DNA of 64,000 bases from Octopus sinensis (GCF_006345805.1 NC_042998.1:74028001-74092000); one strand, 5' to 3'; counted from the stretch's first letter, positions 1 to 12,390 are shown. Made by a program: numbers and translations. Notes: generated by a model not told the origin, from the letters alone.

Positions 1-614
1 TATATTTCAGAATATATAGTTACACACATGTTTTACTATGTGTGTGTGTGTGTACGTATGTGTGAGGAGGGAGAATGGGAATGAGAGAAAGAACTGAAGA
101 CATTATATTGGAGAATATATAGTTACCCTTCTGTTCTAAAATAGTTTTGAGTTATAAATGCCAGCTAGAAATCGCAGAAGGATGTAACAACTCAAATTTC
201 ATTCAGCTTCTATGCAGAGAGTACTTTTCGGTCCTTCACCGGCTTCTTCGTACGAATTGATTGTCCCCAAATGACTTTATAAGTAAGGCTATTTATTATT
301 ATTATAGATTACATAGAATAAACGGAATCATATGTTGTACGGTGTCTTTCGTAATTCTCAACATACACTTATTGCTAAATATCTACGCGAGCAAATAATT
401 TATTCAGGATATTGATCGAGAAAAAAAATACTTTGACTAAAAAAACAGAAATTCACGTAGAAATGAGTGTATGTGTGTGAATGGGTGTACTTGTATGTGT
501 GCATTTATAGATTTTCGCACATACAGGAGATAGAAAAAAATACTTGAATATATGTGACGTTTATTCAATTATTTGAAGTTAAGGTTCACATACCCTCACA
601 CTCACACACACACA

Positions 615-727
615 TAGATAAATAGACAGACAGACAGGCAGGCAGGCAGGCAGGCAGACAGGCAGGCAGGCAGACAGACAGACAGACAGACAGACAGATA
701 GAGAGAGAGAGAGAGATAGATAGATAG

Positions 728-807
<80 letters not shown>

Positions 808-870
808 CAGACAGACTGACAGGCAGGCAGGCAGGCAGGCAGGCAGAAAGACAGACAGACAGACAGAAAG

Positions 871-908
<38 letters not shown>

Positions 909-909
909 G

Positions 910-965
<56 letters not shown>

Positions 966-966
966 C

Positions 967-1050
<84 letters not shown>

Positions 1051-1051
1051 T

Positions 1052-1082
<31 letters not shown>
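615..1082. repeat. Compound tetranucleotide microsatellite (GACA/GGCA/GATA)n
   Basis: Directly visible; it accounts for the spurious LSIY-repeat ORFs at 579-1169. Confidence 0.97.
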
Positions 1083-1083
<1 letters not shown>

Positions 1084-1340
1084 TGATGGACACTCCCGCA
1101 GAAGACGACGTCTGAGTCTCCAGCTTTTTGTCGAATGACCTGCACAAATGATTTCTTTATAGTGATCAAATGTAAGTGCTACACATTAGCTCGTTCCCTC
1201 CATCAAATCGACGTTGCTCGAACAGGTGCACGGCGTAGCACGCGTCAGGTGTCGATGTGATTGCAGAGCAATGTGAGATTAAGTAGGAATTGAAACCACA
1301 ATCTCGCGAGCAACACTCTAACCACCAGGCCAATCGCCCT
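1083..1340 (-). mobile_element. Degenerate tRNA-derived SINE (minor family)
   Basis: The minus strand begins agggcgatTGGCCTGGTGGTTAGAG...GGTTTCAATTCC, i.e. Pol III A and B boxes, followed by a non-tRNA body. Confidence 0.5.
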
Positions 1341-1644
1341 CTATATATATACGTGTGTATGTAAAAATAGTGTGTTAGTGTGTATGTGTGAATGGGGGCG
1401 AGCGCGTGTGTATGTGTGTGTGGGCGAGCTTAAAATTATGTGTGCGTATGGGCAAGGGCCCGGGAACAGGGGATGCAGGTGGTGCCCTTGCACCCCTTAA
1501 AATTTTGTTGGAGTGCAAAATTCAGTATTGCACTCCCTATGTATCTTTCCCAGATCTAGAAAATAGTGTTTAAAAGTTGATCTGTAAAAGGTTGCTTGAA
1601 GTTAGGTTTCTTCCCAAAAGATGAACAAAAAACTAAAATAAATA

Positions 1645-2020
1645 GGCGCAGGAGTGGCTGTGTGGTAAGTAGCTTGCTAACCAACCACATGGTTCCGGGT
1701 TCAGTCCCACTGCGTGGCATCTTGGGCAAGTGTCTTCTGCTATAGCCCCGGGCCGACCAATGCCTTGTGAGTGGATTTGGTAGACGGAAACTGAAAGAAG
1801 CCTGTCGTATATATGTATATATATGTATATGTGTGTGTGTTTGTGTGTCTGTGTTTGTCCCCCTAGCATTGCTTGACAACCGATGCTGGTGTGTTTGCGT
1901 CCTCGTCACTTAGCGGTTCGGCAAAAAGAGACCGATAGAATAAGTACTAAAAGGTGGTGCTCCAGCATGGCCGCAGTCAAATGACTGAAACAAGAAAAAG
2001 AGTAAAAGAGTAAAGAGTAA
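1645..2020 (+). mobile_element. tRNA-derived SINE family 1, near full length
   Basis: A box TGGCTGTGTGG, B box GGTTCAGTCCC, internal (TA)n(TG)n tract, 3' tail ggtgctccagcatggccgcagtcaaatgactgaaacaag plus (AAGAGTA)n; more than ten similar copies in the window. Confidence 0.9.
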
Positions 2021-2378
2021 ATAAAAAAGAACCCCCCCCCCCGCACTCCAAAATCCCTAGAAAGATGTATTACTGAACTAAAGCATCCTCAACATTAAAA
2101 TTAAAATCAGTAGTGGCACAATTCATAATCAAGAGCCCTTCACAGTTCAGCTATCTACTTCCTCTTTTCCGTGGAATACCACAAGTGACCCATCAGCATC
2201 ATTGCCATCATGTCCTACTGCTACTACTACTCTTACCACAACTAAATAATAGCAATATCAACAAGATCAGCACCGGAAGTCACACTTCAATACTAAAACA
2301 ATTGATGACCTATTAAACTTCACAATCAAGAGCCTTTCACAGTTCACCTATCCACTTCCTCATTTCATCTGAATATTT

Positions 2379-2593
2379 TGTAGGGAATTTAGTAATAATA
2401 GTACACCCCTCCCCCCACGTGACGAATGAAATAACCTACTCACTATAAGTAAAGAGAAGTACGTGAAGTACCAGAGTACGTAGTAGGCGGTCAGAGATAG
2501 TCATGTCTTTTACTGGTCTTACTAAGTATACTGTAAACTGGAGTGGGCGTTATAACAATCCAACATTTTAAGGATTATAACAGTGGCGTCGAG
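2379..2593 (+). mobile_element. 5' LTR (2379-2582, TG...CA) and primer-binding site of a Gypsy/Mag-like retrotransposon
   Basis: TGTAGGG...TATAACA followed by g-TGGCGTCGAG, one mismatch from TGGCGACGAG (complement of the tRNA-Ser(GCT) 3' end); gag lies 200 bp downstream. Confidence 0.75.
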
Positions 2594-2792
2594 AATTTAA
2601 ACAACTCACGGGAATTTTAAACAACTCACGAAGATTTTAACAACTCACAAGAATTTTAACAGCTCATGAGGATTTTAACAACCCACGAGGATCTGAACAA
2701 CTCCCGAGGAATAATAAACTCGACGAGGGTAAAACGATTCACTCGGAGTTAATAGAAGTTGGTGTACGAATTTTACGAAAAATCGTAAAATT

Positions 2793-3700
2793 ATGGAAAA
2801 ATTTTTGGCAGGTTTGTTCGAGTTGCAAAAACAGCAACAACAGCTGAGAGAACAACAGCAACGGCAGATACAACTGCAAGAAAAACAACAGAAGCAACAA
2901 CAACAACAATTAATATTACAGCAACAAATGCTGCAATTATTGAAGTCGTCAGGAAAGTCAGAAAAAGTGTTCTCGCCAGACTATGTCACGAACTCTATAA
3001 CAGAGTTCAAATACGAACCTGACGAAGGAGTTATCTTCGAAGTATACTACAGAAGATATGAGCAAATCTTCGATAACGAATGTAAAGATTGGAACGACGA
3101 GATGAAAACGCCTTTAATCTTCAGAAAACTGGCGGCAGCAGAACGTGAGTGTTACAGCAATTTTGTGCTCCCAAGAAAACCTTCTGATATAAACTTTAAT
3201 AACACAATAGATATATTGTGTAAACTTTTTAGTGAAAAAAAGATTATTGTTTAACACACATTGGAAGTGTCTGAACATAGAGAAAAACAATGATAAAGAC
3301 TTTATCATATGCTGGTAGAGTAAACAGGGTGTGTGGGAAGTTTAAGCTGGACGAATTAACGCAGAAAAAGACGTAGAAGTTAGAATTAGAATTCACGCTA
3401 AACTGGAACACAACTAGGATGTAACCCTGCAAGTGTTAGAAGGGTGTGAAAGGATAGTCTAATTAAGACACAACACAGAGGAAATTGAACGTAAAGATTG
3501 TTTCCAAGTAAAGCAAGTGGGAAATAGTCAGAAGAGAGATAAAGTGTTTTCTAAAAAAAAAAACACGACAAAAATCAGGAAATAAACCCATGTTGTGCAC
3601 GTGGAGGTATACACCTGAGGAAAAATTGTCCATTTAAAAAAAGCGGAATGCTTTTGTTGTGGAAATATAGGACATATAAAGACGCATTGTAGAACGAAGA
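2793..3700 (+). pseudogene. gag: Gag of a Mag/K02A2.6-like Gypsy element, frameshifted, with tandem CCHC knuckles
   Basis: ORF 2793-3254 has a polyQ N-terminus then FEVYYRRYEQIF...RKL...YSNFVLPRKPSDINF. Shifted frames continue LFNTHWKCL...YAGRVNRVCGKFKL and CxxxGxH...CPF...CFCCGNIGHIKTHC at about 3585-3690. Confidence 0.85.
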
Positions 3701-3779
3701 TGACAAAACATCAGAACAAAGGTAAAAAATTAAGTAGAATGTCATCGGAAGAAATTAGTAATATAAAGATGGGGAAATT

Positions 3780-4350
3780 TGTGAAGGTGAAAATCAGAAA
3801 TACAAGTGTTAAAATGCAGTTGAACACTGGTAGTGATATCACCATTATAAACAAAAAGACTTGGAAATAGATCGGTAAGCCAAAATCAATTAAATCGAAA
3901 AAGGTAGCACATGGTGTTATGGGGAAAAGATTATATTTTTTCGGTGAATTCGTATGTAATGTAACATTTCGAGGTCAAACGAAAAAGGCAAAGATATATG
4001 TATTAAAAAATTCACTTGATTTATTCTGCACAGAGTGGATGAAACTAGTGAAAGTATAGAATACGCCCATAAATGTTTTGTATGGAAATATAGTCGGTTC
4101 GGTCGAAGGTTCGAGTGCAGCTGAGGAACTGAAACAAAAAATTGCAGTAAAACAGAGTGAAACACCTGTAAGCCAATGCAAAATGAAAAATTACCCACGG
4201 TAAAAACTAAACATTGTTCAAAAGTATATGTTCCGTTATCAAGGCTACGCATCAATTTTACTGATCCATTAAATGGTTGTTACTATTTAGTGGAAGTTGA
4301 TAGTTTCGCGAAATGGCCAGAAATTTGTATGTGTTAAAACCAACCTCCAC
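3780..4350 (+). pseudogene. pol: Gypsy pol remnants: aspartic protease (catalytic D to N) and integrase fragment; RT/RNase H deleted
   Basis: VKVKIRNTSVKMQLNTGSDITIINKKTWK*IGKP at 3781-3880; PLSRLRINFTDPLNGCYYLVEVDSFAKWPEI at about 4230-4325. Confidence 0.8.
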
Positions 4351-4439
4351 AATCGTGATAAAAAAAAAAGCTAGTAAAAATAAATTAAAGTGGTGTCCCA
4401 CCTTTGCTGCAATCATACGTCTGAAACTTCCCAACTACA

Positions 4440-4532
4440 TTGTTCCGAGTTCAGTCCCAGTGCGTGGCGCTTTGGGCAAATGTCTTCTTCTATAGCCTCG
4501 GGTAAACCAAAGCCTTGTCAGTGGATTTAGTA

Positions 4533-4537
<5 letters not shown>
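4440..4537 (+). mobile_element. SINE family 1 fragment interrupting the Gypsy element
   Basis: gagttcagtcccagtgcgtggcgctttgggcaaatgtcttc...gtggatttagtaga matches family 1. Confidence 0.75.
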
Positions 4538-4565
<28 letters not shown>

Positions 4566-4569
<4 letters not shown>

Positions 4570-4740
4570 CTGAGAATGTCTGTATGTATGTGTGCATCAC
4601 TAAAACTCGAGAACTACCCAACCGATTTCATTCAAATCTTACACATGCCTTACTTAGGGTCCCTGCAGTGGCATGGGCCAAAAACCTTTTCAACTTCTTG
4701 CTAATGCAAGCCCGGAGCAATCTCTTATCTCTTAAACTGT
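4566..4740 (+). mobile_element. Non-autonomous Helitron/Helentron-type (HINE-like) repeat
   Basis: Microsatellite-like start followed by aactcgagaactacccaaccgatttcattcaaat, resembling the conserved core of such elements. Confidence 0.45.
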
Positions 4741-4920
4741 TTCAGTATTACATATCAAAAGTGAAATAATATCATCTCTATTAATACTTTCACTATCATA
4801 TGGTTTCAATTTCAATTACATTATGTATTTATATACATGTTTCTCTATGTATGTATGTATGTATGTATGTATGTATGTATGTATGTATGTATGTATGGTG
4901 TATATGTATGTGTGTATGTA

Positions 4921-4969
<49 letters not shown>

Positions 4970-5059
4970 ATATGTGTGTATATATGTGTATGTATAAATA
5001 TATATATATGTATAGATATATGTATAAATATATGTATATATGTATATGTATATATATTT

Positions 5060-5246
5060 ATAAGTAAATAAATGGAGTTGAACGAAGATGTTATTAAAAT
5101 TCTTTTACTTTCGACATATGTTTCGAAGACAACATTGGTTTTATTCCAAAGAAATAAACGGTGTAAAATGCAATCTTCTCATCAGGAAGTCTTCAAAGTA
5201 AAAGAATTTGAATAACATCTTCGTTCAACTCCATTTATTTACTTAT
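5060..5246 (-). ncRNA. Type I hammerhead ribozyme with canonical core, inside a 52-bp inverted repeat
   Basis: Minus strand: UUC-CUGAUGA (5185-5179)-GAAGAU...GUCUUC-GAAA (5124-5121)-CAUAUG-UC/GAA. Predicted GUC cleavage at 5113/5112. Arms 5060-5111 and 5195-5246 differ by 1 nt. Confidence 0.8.
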
Positions 5247-5585
5247 GCTACACAAATTACTGCACATTAACCCGGAGTTTCTACCTCTGAATAGGTCGCT
5301 TCATCCGTGTTACTTGCGTGAATTTTGCTACCCTGGTAACAGTTTATTGAATTTTCCATGTTAACGGTAAACAAAAGATAATTCATTCATAAATGTATAT
5401 ATATTTATGTATATATGTATTTATGTATGTATATTTGTGTGTATATGTATGTGTATATACATATATAAAATATTTAAATAATTAGGGAGATAAATTGAAT
5501 ATTAATTTAATTAATATCAATTTAAAACCAGTAGCCTAACATATAAGAAATTTGAAAAATCAGAGAAAATTCCAAAACATGTGTA

Positions 5586-5915
5586 TATTTAGGACTAAAA
5601 ACCACTGTGTGGACAGCCATATGCTAGAAGTAGATCACATACGATCAAACTACAAAGAAAAAATGTTCTCCAGAGAAAATTCAGCGAACACCAGAACATA
5701 AGCGGGCAAGACAGATGAAAATTAAATAAAAATCAAGAATTAATTGTATACCGGTTTCGTCTAATACCGAATAAATTACTTACGTAATCCTTCGTCCGTA
5801 GATTCATCAGTACGATCATTCCAAAACAATATAATTTGTAAAACTAATCACCAGTTTGATCGTATGTGATCTACTTCTAGTATATGGCTGTCCACATAGT
5901 GGTATTTAGCCCTAT
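5586..5915 (-). ncRNA. Hammerhead-like motif (5746-5813) enclosed by about 65-bp inverted repeats
   Basis: GUA-CUGAUGA-AUCUA...UAGAC-GAAA-CCGG-UA/UAC; arms 5586-5651 and 5853-5915. Confidence 0.6.
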
Positions 5916-5989
5916 ATATATATACATACATGTGTGTAGAAAGAAGAATGTCGTATATATGTGTATATTTGTGTGTGTGTGTGTATGTG

Positions 5990-6200
5990 TGTGTGCTTGT
6001 CTGTGTTTATGTTTGTACCCCCACCAATGCTTGACACCCGATGTTACTGTATTTACGTTCCCTTAATCTAGCGGTTTGGAAAAAGACACTGATAGAATAA
6101 GTACTAGGTTTACAAAGAATAGATCCTGTGGGTGATTATTTTCGACCAAAGGTGGTGCTCCAGCATGGTCACAGTCACATGACTGAAACAAGAAAAACAA
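5990..6200 (+). mobile_element. SINE family 1, 3' half
   Basis: gcttgacacccgatg...ggtggtgctccagcatggtcacagtcacatgactgaaacaag. Confidence 0.8.
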
Positions 6201-6306
6201 TAAAAAATGTGTGCCATTTTAATCCCGAGCAAAGTCAGGTATCTCTGCTAGTACATTATATACATAAATACATATACATGCAAGCATGCATACATACATA
6301 TAAAGT

Positions 6307-6366
<60 letters not shown>

Positions 6367-7049
6367 CAGAGAGACAGAGACAGAGAGGCAGACAGAGAGA
6401 CAGAGAGGCAGACAGAGAGACAGAGAGGCAGACAGAGAGAGAGATGTAGATATATATACGAATATATATTTCAAAAAACTTCGTCTAATGACATAATGCA
6501 ATAGGTATATACTATATATATACTGTAAGTGCTCAGATTGGTTTACCACTAAACTCTGACTTGAACAGCCGAAACAAAGGTATTGTTGAAGCTGCCTATC
6601 AAAGATGATTATAAGTGGTTCATAATTCGACTGGTAGATACATATTAGAAAGAGAGATGAACAAGTAAAACATGTGGTATCACTTTAGAGCATGTAATTT
6701 ATAATTCAAACAATCGCAGAGTAGTTATAGTAAACAAGGGATTAATAAATAATATGTAAATTTCTTTACAGTTGTTTCTAGAATAGCTGATCATGTGAAT
6801 TGTATGTTATTGAGCAAAGATTTCCATGTAAGCCAATTATACCGTCTTTAAAGAGAAAGGATTAAGAAATATATTTTATAAAGGATATTAGTAGCTATCG
6901 GTTCATCGAGGAATTAAAGAATGAATTTATTGAAAGATAATTGTGGTTAGCTCTTTTATGATCAGAGGAATTAAGGAATATCCTTAGTAAAAGATAAAAA
7001 AGAAGTTACTAGTTCCATCTTCGAAGAGAAAGTTAACACTTGTCAGGAG

Positions 7050-7510
7050 AGACTTTGTAAATCTCAAAAAAAGTTTAGTTAATTTCCTACCTGATACCAT
7101 ACGAAATGAAATCATGGAGTTTTAGGCTCATGACACCGTACATGAGATCAGAAAAATTTTTGAAAATTCGATCTTTATAGATGTTATATGTGATTGCTTT
7201 GGAATGGAACAAGAATCAGTTATTGTCGTTATGTTTTTGAAAACCAGGATGTCCACGAAGATTTTCTCAGCTTTTTTAATCCTCCTGACCATACTTCGGA
7301 GTCACTGACTAAAGTTATTGTGGATGTTTTCTGTCACCTAAACATTTCGCTGAGCTCAAAATTATGCTGCTTTTGCATTTGATGGTGCATGTATCACGAG
7401 CGGAAACATTTCAGATATACAAAAGAGATCAAAAGACATGTTTCCTGGTACGTACTTTATACACTGCGGAAACCACTCTTTGACTCTCGTCCTCCAAGAA
7501 GTTGGATCTA
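7050..7510 (+). pseudogene. hAT transposase remnant (ZMYM1/DUF4371-like)
   Basis: Across frameshifts: IRNEIMEF*AHDTVHEI...CRYVFENQDVHEDFLSFFNPPDHTSESL...FDGACITSGNISDIQ...FPGTYFIHCGNHSLTLVLQE, containing the DGA and HCxxHxLxL motifs. Confidence 0.75.
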
Positions 7511-8269
7511 CGGTTGCCATGGTCACTGCGTGTTTGTATGTACGTTTGTATACATTTATGTGTGTGTGTGTGTGTGTGTGTGTTTGTGTGTGTGTGAGAG
7601 AGAGAAAGAGAGAATGAAAGAGTGAGAGAGAAAGAGAGAGTGAGAGAGAAAGAGAGAGTGAGAGAGAAAGAGAGTGTGAGAGAGAAAGGGAGAGAGTGAG
7701 TCAGTCAAAGGGTGTGTTGTCAGGTACACGTACATACATAAATACATATGCATACATCTTTTTTGTATGTATGCGTGCGTGTGTGTGAGAGAGAGACAGA
7801 CAAAGAGATAGAGAGAAAGAGACATAGAGATAGTGAGAGATAAAGAGAGTGATGTCTAAGAGGCACTCACTCTTTCTCTCTTTCCCTCTCTCTCTCTCTC
7901 TCTCTCTCACTCACTCACATACATACAAAAAAGATGTATGCACATTTACTTATGTATGTATGTATGTATGTATACATGACAACACACCCCTTCTCTCACA
8001 CACTCGCGTCTATTTCATTTGATGTTTGATACGTTGTGTGTGTGTATGTGTATATGTATGTGTATGTGTGTATGTGTGTGTATGTGTGTATGTGCGTCCG
8101 CACGCGTGGGGCGCTCCACAATTACCATTGATTTCAATCATTCTTGTGAAGATATTCACGTAACTCATTTTAATTTTCGGAAAAGTTTCTGAGAACAAAG
8201 TTCTCTCTCTCTACAAGAGGAGTCGGGGTAGATGTAGACGATCAGTATTCTATAGTGAAGCAAAGACGT

Positions 8270-8935
8270 GTACAGGTAGCCAGAGTCAATGTTGGCTTCT
8301 GCAACTCTGTTAACTCTATCAAGTATGTTTGCAGATATATAAACAAAGGTTTAGATGCTGCAACATGCACTCTTATGCAGAATGGCAGTCAGCAGATAAA
8401 TATATATTTCTTTACTACCCACAAGGGGCTAAACACAGAGGGGACAAACAAGGACAGACAAACGGATTAAGTCGATTATATCGACCCTTGTGTGTAACTG
8501 GTACTTATTTAATCGACCCCGAAAGGATGAAAGGCAAAGTCGACCTCGGCGGAATTTGAACTCAGAACGTAACGGCAGACGAAATACGGCTACGCATTTC
8601 GCCCGGCGTGCTAACGTTTCTGCCAGAAAAATGACGAAGATGCACAGTATGACAGACGAAGATACATCAGTACCAATGAGGCTTTTTGGCGCATCTTCAG
8701 TTTTCCCATTCATGAGAGGCAACCCAGCCATCATTCATCTGATTATCCATCTAGAGAATGGCCACAGGGTTATCTTCACAAAACAAACAGCCTTGCAACA
8801 AGCACTTTCTCCAAAAGTGCCTTTTTTCAGTTGTGTCAAGTAGATTGAGATGCAAGAAAACTCTTTTACCCACAATTATCTAAGTATTTATACCTGGAGA
8901 AACAATAAATGGCACAAGAGGAAATGCGTGACACA
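8270..8935 (+). pseudogene. Helitron RepHel fragment (end of Rep and linker), split by a SINE
   Basis: ARVNVGFCNSVNSIKYVCRYINKG, then after the SINE RRYISTNEAFWRIFSFPIHER...HLENGHRVIF...FFQLCQVD...YTW. Confidence 0.85.
8405..8626 (-). mobile_element. tRNA-derived SINE family 2 (Meta-domain-like core), tail type A
   Basis: Head TGGCAGAAACG...GAGTTCAAATTCC; core gaggtcgactttgcctttcatcctttcggggtcgat, resembling the Sauria/MetaSINE domain as recalled. Confidence 0.88.
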
Positions 8936-10777
8936 CTGACACACAGAAATTAGTTTTCGCATTTATCATATTAGATGATAGGACTACATATCATGGCGAT
9001 TAAAATACAGGTATTTTCAGTTATACATTAATCCCGCACCATATCGCGGTTCACTTATCGCGGTTTATTATATAAGCTTGCGTCGATTCCTCTGTGGTAT
9101 TGTCTTACATTTATAATAAAATAAATATACAAATTATATACAAATTATAAAAACGTTCTGAGTTTAATCTCTGCCGAAGTTCATTTTGCATTCATCCTTT
9201 CGGGCGGGAGTCGTTAAAACAAGTACCAGTTGAGTACTGGGGGCAATGTATTCGACTTAAACCCACCTCTGGAATTGCTGGGCTTTGACAAAATTTGAAA
9301 CCAATAATTTTTATTGTTTAGAAAAAAGTAATGAGATTTTTTTCATTATCTCGATGATCTTGAAATATTCTGTTATGCAATCGTTAAAAATATTTTAATG
9401 TTGTTGTTGTTGTTGTTGCTGTTGTTAGGTACTGTATGTTAGATAGTTTTGTTTGGGGTTTTTTTTTTTAGTTCTTATTTTATTTTACTTCTTTATTTTA
9501 TAACACAGGTTTTGAGTTATTCTTGCTGAGGGAAATATTTGTTTTTGAAATGTATTTCAGAAATTTGCTTTATTTTAGAAACTTTTTAGACGTGGATTTT
9601 GCTGAAAATAGGTGACGGTTAATCTGCGATATGATATCATCGCTGAATGAGAATTTGGGATGTGTGTGTATGTGTGTTTCTTAACCGGATTATATCAAAA
9701 TGGTGATGTGTTGATTGCTTTGTTGGGTGTTTCAGCGTGCGAGTTGTATCTAGAGATAATTTATAAAATTTGTCGAAAGCTAATTATAAAAAAAATGTTG
9801 AAATGTTATCGAAGGATAATTGTTAAGAGGTAATTCTTAACGTGTGCTGCTGATGTAAAAACCTTTTGGTGACAAGAAGTACAGTTTTAAAAGCAATTTT
9901 TTAAAATGATTTTATAAAACATTTGCTAAATATTCCCGAAATTCTGTGTTAAAAATTCTTAAATGCGTCTAAACCATTCCAAAAAAGTTCTTTAAAATAA
10001 TTTTTTTTTTCAATTCTTTTTTTAAAATTCTTAAATTTTTTAAAAAACCATTCCAGAAATTTCCTTTAAAAAGTTAACTTTTTGTCGTTTTAAAAGGTAT
10101 ATAAAATACAGTCTAAAGCTAATCATACACATTACTGTAATAAAGCAAACCCCATTTACAATGAATTTAAAATATTGATCAACAATTAAAATATTAATTT
10201 TTTATTAAAGAAAACATTTCATGGTTATAATAAAGAAGTATACACTGTCTTGAGTCCTACAACTCGTAGGGATGGTTTCCATGATTACTCATTTACAGCT
10301 GATTGAAGTGAAGCAACGTGAAATGAGGTTTTTTTGCTCAAAAACACATCGTGCTACACAATAACAACTAGGCCCAGGCGTCTTCCCCATGGTTATAATT
10401 CCAAAGAAAATCACTTCATTCTTCACTGAACAACACCTCACACCATTATACGAACTATTCCTTCTACTTTCGTGTTTTTTGGAGGGTTTTTTTTAAGTGC
10501 CTGACGCAAAAACAAACTTAGATCAGACAGACGGACCGATTAAATTTTACCACTTGACATCTTTGAAAGAAGTGGAAAGCATATTACAATTACGACGCTC
10601 ATGACTTTTGCCAGAAAAATTAATCATTCCTTCCTAACAAGCATTTGTAAATTACATGTGTGTGTGTGTGTGTGTGTGTCTGCATTCATATATACATATA
10701 TATAGTTAATCTAAACGCGAGGACGTGCAACAAGTACAGTGTTATTGGACGCTCAGGAAAGGAAAGAAAGAAGGATG

Positions 10778-10811
10778 ATTTAACGTTTCGAGTGGAGTTC
10801 TTCGTCAGAAA
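10778..10811 (-). ncRNA. Degenerate minimal Penelope-type hammerhead
   Basis: UUU-CUGACGA-A-GAAC-UCC-ACUC-GAAA-CG-UU/AAA; stem II mismatched; flanks are the same repeat family as 16540-16660. Confidence 0.5.
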
Positions 10812-10997
10812 CAAAGAAAAAGGAAAGGTCCAAGGAAAGGAAGACGGAGAAAGAAAATCGTCAACAATACACACGCGGTCATATATTGAAAAATGTATGT
10901 ATATATATATATATATATATATGTATATAGGTAATGAATACTCAAACAGGTGAACTGTTTTCATGGAACAACACTGTAGAGGTCATTGAGGGATTAG

Positions 10998-11254
10998 ACT
11001 AGAGTATTAATTAGAAAAAGACAGATTTCAAGGTCGATAATACTCCTCATCAAAGCCAACATATATCTAAACACAGAGGGTATATATAAGCCATGATAAA
11101 TATGTGAATATATAACATAAAAAATATTAAAAATTACACTATGATATGTATATGCTTTTATGGTATATGTTCGCATATTTAGAATGGCTTAAATATCCCT
11201 CTGTGTTTAGATGAGGAGCACTATCGACCTTGAAATTCTAATTAATACTTTAGT
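10998..11254. repeat. Fold-back element with about 70-90 bp imperfect arms
   Basis: actagagtattaattagaa...tttcaaggtcgata...ctcctcatc...ctaaacacagaggg...aagccat is mirrored at 11184-11254. Confidence 0.8.
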
Positions 11255-11289
11255 GTGTGTGTGTGTACATATTTAGATAATCAAAGATT

Positions 11290-12390
11290 GGTCCAGGTTA
11301 TATCTAACTTAATAGCACCACCTGATAGGAATGGCTAAAGCCTTTTTATGTCAAGTTTCATGGTATCATGGTCCATTCGAGTAGGGGGTTCTTGTTGAGT
11401 GAGTTGTATCCAGGTATAGGTGGCTTATCGGGTATTCCTTGATGAAATTTGTCCAGATTCCGTTTAAAGGTGGTGGCATCCTTTTCCTTTTGATCTGTTT
11501 CGGAACAATGTTAAAAAGGGCAAGGGCTGTTGAGATAAAGAAATTGTGTTGCAGTGTATTTGTGTGTTGTGATCCTGAATTGGGTAGGGGACGTATGGCC
11601 GTGGTTCTATTCTTGGATGAATTTTGAAGCTAATGTTGAAGTCGTTTGGGCAATGCTGGTAGTATATTCTTCACATCGTGCATAAGATGTATCGCTCACG
11701 GCAGCAGTGAAGAGAATAGAGTTTCAATGCTTTAAGGTGGTTCCCTATAATCGAAATATGTCATGCCCTTAATTCTTTTAAATAAATGATCACTGAGATG
11801 ATTCAGTTTTCGAAATGTTTTGTGTGGGAAGACCACAAGGGGAAGCAGTATTCGAAGTGTGGCCGTACAAAGGAGAAGAAAAGAGGAATGATAACACCTT
11901 GATCTCCTGAACGGAAGGTTCTTAGGATCCAGGAACTCATCCTACGAGCTATATCGACCTTATTGTTGATGTGGGCACTCCAGCTGAGATTGTTATCTAC
12001 AATTACTCCTAGGTCTCTGATATTATTAGATGCTGTGAGGGGTTCCCCTGAAGGAAGAGAATACGGCTGTTTAGCATAAACTTTCTTCCAAAAAGCATCA
12101 GCTCAAATTTTCCCTCGCTTAGTTGCATTTTGTTTTTGACTGCCCATTGACTCACAGCATGTAGATCAGACTGGAGTTCAGTTCGGTCTTCTTTTTGATT
12201 GGTAATTTTCGGGAGCTTAGAGTCATCAGCGAATACTTTCACTTTGCTGTGTTTCATGACCCTGGAAAGGTCGTTTATATAGACTATACAGAGAAGCGGG
12301 TTCAAGGCAGTCCCCTGAGGGACACCTCTGGTGACTTTTGCTGGGCTTGAGTGGATTCCATCGATCACATCGTGTGATATAGCAAAACAA
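11290..12390 (-). mobile_element. CR1-clade LINE, 5'-truncated (RT C-terminal part)
   Basis: GVPQGTAL...YINDL...FADDSK (12009-12419 ORF), VDNNLSWSAHI...VRPHFEYC, and FNIVPKQIK...FKRNLDKF. Confidence 0.85.

Noticed and set aside
579-1169. Long ORFs with [16 protein letters not shown] repeats here and throughout the window
   Set aside because: Translations of microsatellites, not proteins.
1645-1715. tRNA gene
   Set aside because: A and B boxes are present but no full cloverleaf; it is a SINE head followed by the SINE body, as in the other copies.
2592-2728. CRISPR-like appearance of the short tandem units
   Set aside because: No unique spacers, no cas genes, eukaryotic context; it is a retrotransposon leader repeat.
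10390-10480. Tc1-like WxxVLFSEE motif on minus
   Set aside because: Too short and stop-riddled to support a call.
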